A stretch of 64,000 bases of DNA from positions 51,212,001 through 51,276,000 of the forward strand of contig OZ024741.1 of assembly GCA_964016885.1 (NCBI GenBank), in the 5' to 3' direction. Below, one piece after another: positions 52,911 through 64,000 of the stretch. The notes under the pieces were generated by a model. The model saw only the letters and a list, made by a program, of their open reading frames with translations, had not been told where the DNA came from and did no database searches. A program made the position numbers and the translations under genes. Origin of the DNA: Eledone cirrhosa (taxonomy: Eukaryota). Position 1 is the first letter of the stretch, and each line of letters starts with the position of its first letter.

Positions 52911-53978
52911 TTCCTCACCGACCTCCAACCGGTGTGGGCACCGTTTGTGAGACAGGCTTTCCCACAGCTCGTCTCGCTGACGGAGCTGCAGTCCTGGGTC
53001 AAGAAAAGACCGAAAACGATGGGCGCCTGGCATATTGAATGCGCTCAGACGCTCACAGTCCTCTGGCAAGCGGGCGCAGCAATCAGTGGAGACTCCACTT
53101 CGACATTCTATAGAGGGATTGTACGTTACAAGGGCGACGACGTACTCGGGGAGAATCTGGGCGTCGAAGACGATGAGCTCACCAGTCTGTTTGGTAGGAC
53201 TTTCCGCCCGGGACCTAGGGATAACTTCCAGAGGTCCCTGTCCTGGCAGTGCTACCGAGGAGCTCTACCTGTTCGTGACAAGATCTACAGGCACGGACGC
53301 CCCGACAGGGATCCTTCCAAAAGGACGTGTCCAAGATGCGCGCAGGACATTGAAACAGTCCTGCACGCAATTGTACACTGCCCGGGCGTAAGCGACCTGT
53401 GGAACTATGCAGAACAACTGCTGTCGCGTATGGGACAAATCCAGTTGACTGCCGAGTCCATAGTAAGGATCAAACCGCCAGCCTATTTCAAAAACGAAAG
53501 AGAGGCTGTTTTCCTCTGTACGGTGGCTATGGTGAAAGAAGTTATATGGTGGACGAGGTTGAGAGGACTGAGGACAGATGCCTTTCTCTCCGGACAACAA
53601 TTGATTCCCTTCTTTAAGTATCACTTTAGAAGGAGAATCAGGGTGGAGAGAGAGGCACTGCACCCCAGTAAATTTACTGAAAGGTGGGTGAATGAAGCGA
53701 AAATGGCCCGAGTGATTGGGCCTTCTCTGTTTATAAGCCTGTAGGATGAAGAAGAGAGCAAAAGGAAGAAAGGAGCACTTGCACAACACGCTCCTGGAGT
53801 TGAGGGTTGTTCTATCGACGGGGTATTAAACAACCCATTTGTGGCGCCTCCCCCCTATTGGGGATTTCGATTGTTGTAATTGTTTGTTTTTATATTTTTT
53901 ACACGACTGTATGTAAAATCCCCGGCATGTCTTTGTATTGTCCCCTTTTCTTGTGCGCCCTTGTGGCTAATAAAAAAA
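52911..53978 (+). mobile_element. Tx1 family T-A 3' part
   Basis: ORF to 53744 near-identical to the end of 32878-35139; 3'UTR then TATC repeats. Confidence 0.88.
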
Positions 53979-54014
53979 TATATCTATATCTATCAATCTC
54001 TATATATATATATG

Positions 54015-54085
<71 letters not shown>

Positions 54086-54164
54086 CTATCTATCTATATA
54101 TCTATCTACCTACACATTATTTATCTATCTGCCAACCTACCAACCCATCAATCTCTCTCTCTCT

Positions 54165-54220
<56 letters not shown>

Positions 54221-54228
54221 GTATATAC

Positions 54229-54289
<61 letters not shown>

Positions 54290-54477
54290 AACGAATAGGA
54301 CCCCGACGGCTGAGCTCAAGCCGTTTCGACGGCTAATTCTGGACCAGAATTAGCCGTCGAAACGGCTTGAGCTTAGCCGTCGGGGTCTTATTCGTTTCTA
54401 TTACCCACTCTACTACCCTAAGTATTGAGTACTTTGGTGCGTTATGGTCCACCTGATTCCTTACCACATTTCCTTCG

Positions 54478-54556
<79 letters not shown>

Positions 54557-54569
54557 CATATATATATAC

Positions 54570-54692
<123 letters not shown>

Positions 54693-55004
54693 ATCAAGGT
54701 TTAGCAAATAAGAAAAAGTTTCAAATTAAATTTTAAAAAATTAACTGTACTCACTATGGTTACCTTTACCGAATCGGTTTCGAGTCTCAAAAATAAATGG
54801 ACAGTCCTTGCGGCCTTCCATTGCAAAGATAAACTCTCGCCAGGAGGATCTTTTCACTCGGAGAATATAAAATTCACGAGTTCAATTTACGAAGTGGCGC
54901 TATTCAAAATTGTTCCCGAGATGATAATAAATGATGTAGGAATCAATTCCGTCCAGTGCCGTGTGTAAAGATAGAAGCAAAGGCAGGGGTATATACATAT
55001 ATAT

Positions 55005-55062
<58 letters not shown>

Positions 55063-55610
55063 AGGGGCTGTAACTTGAGTCGGGTAGAATCGATACAGAT
55101 CGAAATTGAGCTGATCAGTGGCGAAACGCACGTCACCTATCAATAAATGTAATGAAGGAGTAACCAATCGTCCTTGTTATCCCTTCAATATATATATATA
55201 TATACGCATGATGTTGAAATAGCCAGCTTTAAAATTCCTTTTTTGGCATATTCATCTGTGAGAGTCCTGGTTATCGAGTTGAGCTCTGCTGATGATGAAT
55301 TCCAACCGTGACCATCTCCACTGAAAGTTTTCATGAAATAGTCTTTAAGACTATACAGAGCATTTGAAGTTTTTCCAAATTGAAGGATAAGTATTTTAGA
55401 CTTTATTTTATCATGAGTTAAGGCTCTATTGATTTTTCCCTGGGTTTCACTAAATTCTGTGGATGAATTTATATCCTGATTCTCTTTGAGATGAGTTTGA
55501 ATTATTTTTCCCACATCTTACGTTAACTATTTTTCCCATTTTGACGCTATAGTCACTTATATATTATGGAATGCTGTTCGCTTTTCGCTGCAGTGTTTTC
55601 TATACCTTTC

Positions 55611-55677
<67 letters not shown>

Positions 55678-55680
<3 letters not shown>

Positions 55681-56412
55681 ACGCTCACACGGCTTCCATT
55701 CCTTGGAACATAACTTAACTACCGGCTCAACCCCGATCTAATCCGCCGTGACCATTCTCCGAACTTTACACACCTTCCCACACTTGGTCTTTCCTTCCAC
55801 GCATTACCTCTGTTTGATTTTGTTACTGTACTTGGTTATTTCCGTATATGCCTTTCGCTATATGTCTCTCCACCACTCCCCTACACACCCTTTGAACTCT
55901 GTTCCCACACACTTCTCACCTGAGGAAGGGCTTATGCCCGAAACGTCGTTCCCCACCACCACCCCACTCTCCAGAGCGTGAAATTAATAAACATTCGTTG
56001 TACTGCCTCTCTGTTTTGTTCCTGTTCAAATTTTTCCATTATATATAATATACGCTCACACGGCTTCCATTCCTTGGAACATAACTTAACTACCGGCTCA
56101 ACCCCGATCTAATCCGCCGTGACCATTCTCCGAACTTTACACACCTTCCCACACTTGGTCTTTCCTTCCACGCATTACCTCTGTTTGATTTTGTTACTGT
56201 ACTTGTTTATTTCCGTATATGCCTTTCGCTATATGTCTCTCCACCACTCCCCTACACACCCTTTGAACTCTGTTCCCACACACTTCTCACCTGAGGAAGG
56301 GCTTATGCCCGAAACGTCGTTCCCCACCACCACCCCACTCTCCAAAGCGTGAAATTAATAAACATTCGTTGTACTGACTCTCTGTTTTGTTCCTGTTCAA
56401 ATTTTTCCATTA
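55678..56412 (+). repeat. Two tandem 371-bp units, each with a minimal hammerhead core (PLE pLTR or retrozyme)
   Basis: CTGAGGA-A-GGGC ttat GCCC-GAAAC-GTC-GTT at 55920-55950 and 56291-56321; AATAAA downstream. Confidence 0.7.
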
Positions 56413-56416
56413 TATG

Positions 56417-56448
<32 letters not shown>

Positions 56449-56574
56449 TATACATGTATATATGTATGTATATATATATATATATATTTATATGTATATA
56501 TATATGTATATATATATGTATATATATATGTATATATATATATATATTTATATGTATATATATATATGTATATA

Positions 56575-56634
<60 letters not shown>

Positions 56635-56637
<3 letters not shown>

Positions 56638-56685
56638 TTCCTGATGATTTCTAATGAATGAAACAGTTCTAGTCCTGTAGAATCT
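56635..56685 (+). ncRNA. Solitary hammerhead H1 inside (TA)n
   Basis: AGATTC CTGATGA tttctaatgaat GAAA CAGttctagtcCTG TA GAATCT with (TA)n within a few bases on both sides. Confidence 0.8.
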
Positions 56686-56687
56686 CA

Positions 56688-56780
<93 letters not shown>

Positions 56781-56810
56781 ATATACATATATATATACAT
56801 ATATATATAC

Positions 56811-56851
<41 letters not shown>

Positions 56852-57459
56852 AATTATTAATACAATAACAGAGATAGTTTAAAGCTAATCTCTGACTGGT
56901 AACCATCTCACTCAACAAACATTAGGTTATATTTTAATATAAACCCAATTTAAGTGTTTGGGGTGCTAACAATATGTATTATGTGGAAGAGCCAGTTGTA
57001 TTATTTTATGAGACATAATTAAAGTTAAAATATATCTCTCTTTCCAAACAATTGTTTCATTATAAGTTTTCTACAAATTCGGAGAATATTTCCAGTTTAT
57101 GTAGAAGCCTAATATACATTCATGTAAGAATATATTTAGGTGGGCGCTTATAAATCATCAGTGGAAGCCCATTAAACTTTGATATAAGAAAAACATTTCT
57201 TACCACAGTTAAAAATCGTGTCTTGTTAAGTTGCTCCTTCCCGCATCGAATGACCGGCAAATTTGAAATTCCAGCAGTTTTTGACTGAGGAAGTATTCTA
57301 GCGTCACTAAGCGGGAAGGGGAGACAACCACGATCCACGAAAGGATGAAAAAAAATAATAATATACACGCGGGTTAATCAGTTTTTTCGAAAACATTATC
57401 AATCCAACGTGTTAAGAACTCAATTGAAATTAAAAAAATAAATATATGCGTGTATAAAT

Positions 57460-57532
<73 letters not shown>

Positions 57533-57646
57533 AAAGGATAACAAGGACCATTGGTTACTCCTTCATTACATTTATTGGTAGGTGACGCGCGTTTCGCCAC
57601 TGATCAGCTCAAGTTCGATCTGTATCGATCCTACCCGACTCAAATA

Positions 57647-57769
<123 letters not shown>

Positions 57770-58016
57770 CACATATATTCTAGGTCCAGAATTAGCCGTC
57801 GAAACGGCTTGAGCTCAACCGTCGGGGTCCTACTCGTTCCTATTACTCACTCTACTACCCTAAGTATTGAGAACTTTGGTGCGTTATGGTCCACCTGGTT
57901 CCTTACCACATTTCCTTCGTTATTTATATATATATATGTATATATATATATGTATATATATATATGTATATATATATACATATATATATACATATATATA
58001 TACATATATATATATG

Positions 58017-58138
<122 letters not shown>

Positions 58139-58153
58139 CATATATATATATAC

Positions 58154-58207
<54 letters not shown>

Positions 58208-58259
58208 ATACTTTGGGAGGGTCATGTTGCCAATAAGAATCACACGCACCAGTTGCTTT

Positions 58260-58328
<69 letters not shown>

Positions 58329-58450
58329 AGGGGGTGTAACTTGAGTCGGGTAGGATCGATACAGATCGAACTTGAGCTGATCAGTGACGAAACGCGCGTC
58401 ACCTACCAATATTGTAATGAAGGAGTAACCAATCGTCCTTGTTATCCCTT

Positions 58451-58766
<316 letters not shown>

Positions 58767-59004
58767 AAAGGATAACAAGGACGATTGGTTACTCTTTCAT
58801 TACATTTTTTGGTAGGTGACGCGCGTTTCGCCACTGATCAGCTCAAGTTCGATCTGTATCGATCCTACCCGACTCAAGTTACACCCCCTGGATATATATA
58901 TATATATATATATATTTTTGGGGTTTTTTCCTATCTATCTATCTATGTGTGTGTGTCTCAATATATTGAGAGAAACAATAAATTATATAGACACTCATAC
59001 ATAT

Positions 59005-59545
59005 ATTTATGTGTTCCAACGCGAGAAATGAAGTTCTGTTCGATCCTTGTGCGAGTGGCTGGTGGTCCGTGGTGTAAATTGAGCCCAGGAAACAATGAGG
59101 TGTTGAATAGAGTGGTTGATAGAACTGATGTGACGAGCGACAGGATTGCCTTTTCCGAGGAGCATGTCCCTCAGGTGATCGGCGAATAAGTCGATCAGAC
59201 GCTGGCCTGTTTGTCCGATGTATACGCAAAAGGAACACCAGAGGGCGCAAAAGGAACACCAGAGGGTGTAAACGACGTTGGTAGAGATACAGGTGAAGGA
59301 GTGGCGAATGCGAAAGGAATGGTTCATACCTTTCGTGAGTGTTGTTAGGTTTGTTATGTAGGGACAGGTATTACAGCAGGGGCGAGAACAGGATTGGAGT
59401 GAGGAGGAGTCCTAGGGCAGGAGGAGAAGAAACTGTGCACAAGAAGGTCGTGAAGATTGTGAATACGTTTAAAGGTGGTGATGAGTAGGTTAGGAAAGAA
59501 GCGAGGAGTGACGGGGTCAGAAACGAGGGTTCGGAAGCAAAGAAG
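59005..59545 (-). pseudogene. Penelope-like (Neptune-type) GIY-YIG remnant
   Basis: FTCISTNVVYTLWC..C..YIGQTGQRL...H...PVARH; internal 21-bp duplication. Confidence 0.7.
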
Positions 59546-59601
59546 GATACAGCGCCAACACACAAACTCTCACACACGCACATACATATACATATATGTA
59601 T

Positions 59602-59890
<289 letters not shown>

Positions 59891-60462
59891 ACTGTTAGCT
59901 GTATCATGCCTCCCTCTGCTGGCACGTAAATAAACCCCTCCTGTGTGAATTAATAGTATTCGTTTGGTATAGACGATGGCCTGTAGAAGCTGGTAGACTT
60001 CCCGCTAGCACGCCCGTAGCCTATCGCAGCTACGTTCCTAGAGTACTCGGAAAAATTAATTTCCATTTATTTCGCTAGACGATACCACTCGTAACTGGCT
60101 GACACGTGGTTAGGAGGTGCTGGCTGGGATTTACAATCGAAAGCTTTTATCTTTACTCTATATTCCACCTTGATAACTTATCGAGATTCCCAATAATACA
60201 CTTAAACATTTTCATATAAGACTATCTGTAATTTCATTAAATAAATCTCGCAACTCAAACCTTTAATTTTCTATTAATTTTCTAATAATTTAATTTCATC
60301 CTTTAACTCTTAACATAAGTTAACGTTCCAATTTTCTGTTCACACATTAGACCATACAGACATCCATAAGCCTTTGTTAAAATATGGGTTCTTTGGAATA
60401 ACATTTTTCGCGGCGTCTTCTAGCATGACTGTAGTGTGACCCTTACGCTGACTTTTCTTCTC

Positions 60463-60507
<45 letters not shown>

Positions 60508-60700
60508 TCTTTTTTATTCTCTGACGGAGAGGTGGTAGTACATTGTAAGCCTTCGCCCCCTCACCAGATGGTCATTAGTAGACCGAGTTGCCATCACTTG
60601 AGGGCGACTGACCGAGGTGAAAGCAGTTAGTTGGTCAGTCGTCCTCTCTGTCTCTGATTTCGGACCCATGGATTTTATATATTCCTTTGTTATATTTCGA

Positions 60701-60758
60701 ATACCTGATGATATCACCGAATTCATACGGAACCCGGTCATTGAAATGATCATAGTAT
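60701..60758 (+). ncRNA. Type I hammerhead ribozyme
   Basis: ATAC-CTGATGA-..ACCG..CGGT..-GAAA-TGATCA-TA-GTAT followed by AATAAA. Confidence 0.65.
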
Positions 60759-60803
60759 AATAAACTTTTCAAGGATGTACACCAGTCCAGCCTCCTGTTA
60801 TTT

Positions 60804-60834
<31 letters not shown>

Positions 60835-61052
60835 TATAAAGAAGAGAGACGGTTTTAAATGTAAATCCCCAATTTTTGGTACAATCCTGTTATACGTATT
60901 TCAAAGACGTGAAAGATTTTGTATAATAACCCTTTGACGTGTTCTGATTAGACAGGTGTAAAGTTGTAATGATTTTGTTTTTGATATGGTACTTTAGTTA
61001 AGAACATAGTGGCAGTAGCTCACCACAACATGAATATGATATATATATATAT

Positions 61053-61123
<71 letters not shown>

Positions 61124-62119
61124 TAAAAGTCCGCGATTGCTTGCCAAACGGGCGCATAATGGCAAAATACTTTGAAAGGAAGTTGACCCTGAAACGGGAA
61201 TACAAATGGAATAAAACAAGTTTCGCGTAAATCGGACCACGGGTTCCCGAGATATGGAGTTTTTCTGGGTACCTTCATAAACAAAGAGAGAGAAAGATAG
61301 AGAGGAAGAGATAGTGGTTGTGACAGGGTAGATTGAAAGAGAGACATAGAGAGAGGGAGAGGAGACAGAGGAGAATGGAAGAGAGATAGAGAGACCTGGT
61401 GGTATATATGTGAGAGTGTGTGTATATATGTGTGTGTGTCTATGACCAGTGTATATAGATGCACACATACATACATATATATTTATACACACATATTTAT
61501 ATATATACATACACAAACGTATATATATGGACCTTCCAGTTTCATTTCACATTATATACATGTCTGTGTATATTTTAATTATTTAAAAATTATTTTTAAG
61601 TGAACATATTTTTTTTTAATATTTTGAAGTGAACGTGACCCAACGGGTCAGGGGTATATAAAATATATATATAAAATTAACAAAGAGCAGACAATGAACG
61701 AAAACGAGATAAAACGAAAAAAAAAATGTTTGAAGGGGAACCTTAAAAAACTCTTTTGAAAATAAAAAAAAGTCAGACGAAAGACACAGAACTCCAAGGT
61801 CTTCAGCCATCTAGGTGGACTTCTATCAGTTTCGACCCACCAATGGTACTGCTGGTCCACCACCCGGAGTCTCAGCGTCTGTCATAATCAAAAGCGCTGT
61901 CCGTGGAATAAAAAACAAGACAAAACAATAACTTATAACAGGTATACTTAGAATTATATTGGACGACAAGGAGAAGGTATTGTGCTTTTTATAGCAGTAT
62001 ATTAAAATCAACTGACAACTAAAGAGGTACTCTTAATCATTAATTATCTGATTTGAAGTACCACTTTAGTTGTCAATTGATTTTTTAAAAATTCCCACCC
62101 ACCTTTCAACATACTGGTT

Positions 62120-62660
62120 GGAAGGCAGCATTTCCCTCTTCACTCTGAATTTTCTTTTCAGGTGAAACTTAAAAAGTTAATCAGGGCTTCACTGAAGAAG
62201 AAAGTGTTTATCTTCAATCCTTTCAAGCGCGTCCACCACAAGACCTCTTTCTCCATCACCACCAGGCAGATAAAAACAGCCTGCCCTTCCCCTCTAATGG
62301 TCACAGTTGATAGTCGGATCCATTCCACACGTGACAGCAGGTGTTCGACGTAAACCCACAAGTCAGCAATACTCGAACACTGGACGAGTGCGTGCAGGAC
62401 GGTTTCGTCGCCCTGCGCGCATCTCAGACAGGCCCGGCTGATGGCACTTCAATGCCTATGAAGTTTATCTCGAACTAGTAAAGCTCCTTGGTAGCACCGC
62501 AGGCCAGGGATTTCTGAAAGTTATACATGAGCCCTGGACTGAAAGAGTGACTAGCTGATTTTCGTCAACCCCAGAGTCTCTTCAACAACGTCGTCGTTTT
62601 TACCCACCACTAAACCTCCATAAAAAGCCAAGCCAAGGTGGAGTTTCAACCGATCGTACT
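62120..62660 (-). pseudogene. Old Tx1 3' remnant
   Basis: EHLLSRV...AVFICLV..KEVLWWTRLKGL homologous to the T-A/B/C C-terminus. Confidence 0.7.
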
Positions 62661-63346
62661 TCCTGATTGGCTGAGGGCTGTGAGTACTTGAAGACATTCC
62701 AATTTCTAAGGTACTTTTGGTCAAGTGGGCAAAATTTTGTGTTTGGGTAGTCACATAGTGCCTACGTACCACCGTGGGTCTCGGATGTTACCCTAGATGT
62801 ATTCATTTTTTAAGTATTTATATTAGCGATGTTTCTAGCCAGGTTAGGTGCGGTGGAGTAGGAATTCCTAACAGTATTTCAATTGGGGTGGTGTAATATT
62901 TGTGCTGTGTGGAGAAATACTTCTTAAAAAAGGTGAAAACCTTTTCAGTTATTGGTATGGACACTTTAAATGGTAGTTATACCAACTTATTTGTCTACGC
63001 CTATTTCGGTTAGGAGGGTCTGGGTGTGCTTTCTATGTAGGTAACTTGTTTGCCTTAAATCCACGACAGACTAGGGCTTCATTATAGTAGGGAGAGAACT
63101 CACTAAATATGTTCTCGTTGGTCAAGAAAACCGAGATCCAGTGAGATATATTCCTAACGAAGATTTTGTTATATTGGTCAGGTGGTTGGTGTGTATGTTG
63201 ATGTATTTTAGGGACCCATTTGGTTTGTGCTAAGGGTAGTTAAGGGAGGTTGCTAAATCTAAGGTGACATCCAGGAAATGTGCTCTAGAATGTTGTAACA
63301 TACAGCCCAAAGAAACTATGGATAATGATACCGACAAATATTATCT

Positions 63347-63395
63347 GATTTTCCTGATGATTTCATATGAACGAGACAGATCTAGTCCTGTAGAA

Positions 63396-63398
<3 letters not shown>
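63347..63398 (+). ncRNA. Degenerate hammerhead H1
   Basis: CTGATGA...GAGACAGatctagtcCTGTAGAAGTC (GAAA changed to GAGA). Confidence 0.5.
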
Positions 63399-63481
<83 letters not shown>

Positions 63482-63484
<3 letters not shown>

Positions 63485-64000
63485 AACCAGTAAGACCCGA
63501 CAGCTGAGCTCAAGCCGTTTCGACGGCTAATTCTGGACTAAATGAACATTTATCCTGGTATTTAAATAGCCGATCTTCTCAAGGGGTAATTCCATATATG
63601 GTCAAAGTGATTGTCAAAAATCAGTAGTAATTCTGTGGTTGCAAATTAGTAGGGGAGATGGTGGCTAAACCTGCCAGTAGGAGAAAGAGGGGAGGGGGTG
63701 GAGTAGACCCAATCAAGCGTTGGTAGTGCCAGCTACAGCTGGGCATGAGGTCAAAGAAGATACAGGGGAGGGGGAGGGGGAGGAAGTCGGAACGGTAGGT
63801 AGAACAATGGGGGGTAAAAATAGGAAAGAAAAAATACTGAGAGTGAAGAAAAGCAAATAAGTGTAAAGAAAAAATTAAATTCTACGACCTAGGTGTCAGG
63901 CTATTGTTAGGCGAGAATAAAATAAAAAAAGAAAGAAAGAAGTAAATAAATAAATAAATAAATAAATAAGGAAATAAGTAAAAGAACTAGGTGGGACGAA
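63482..64000 (-). mobile_element. PLE 3'UTR/pLTR (family of 10640-11876) with H2 hammerhead at 63495-63587 (TTGAGAA core)
   Basis: Colinear homology with 10725-11210. Confidence 0.75.

Noticed and set aside
60100-60125. CGTGGTTAGG resembling a pistol ribozyme start
   Set aside because: No P1 partner or pseudoknot downstream

Overview
Repeat-saturated, AT-rich eukaryotic (animal) DNA with no supportable host gene. The repeat types resemble those of cephalopod (Octopus-type) genomes; this is inference, not a database match. Almost all ORF-track entries are microsatellite read-through artefacts (YI/YV/HT/CV repeats). The real coding content is retroelement-derived: (i) Penelope-like elements (RT + GIY-YIG) at 11.9-13.3 kb plus fragments; (ii) Tx1/L1-clade LINEs (APE + RT), nearly all flanked by (TATC)n; (iii) restriction-like-endonuclease LINEs (R4/Dong-like), always flanked by (CATA)n; (iv) three subfamilies of a ~600-bp non-autonomous bipartite RTE-derived element, mostly in (TATG)n/(TA)n, with a structured 5' domain; (v) tRNA-derived SINEs, MITEs and mariner debris. 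Main hunt results: about 20 type-I hammerhead ribozyme motifs of about 8 sequence families, including non-canonical cores (U3-A8 covariant, U4C) and large stem-II insertions; apparent partitioning of microsatellite targets among four retroelement groups; a covarying RNA structure at the 5' end of the RTE-derived elements; and many fold-back palindromes made from element ends.
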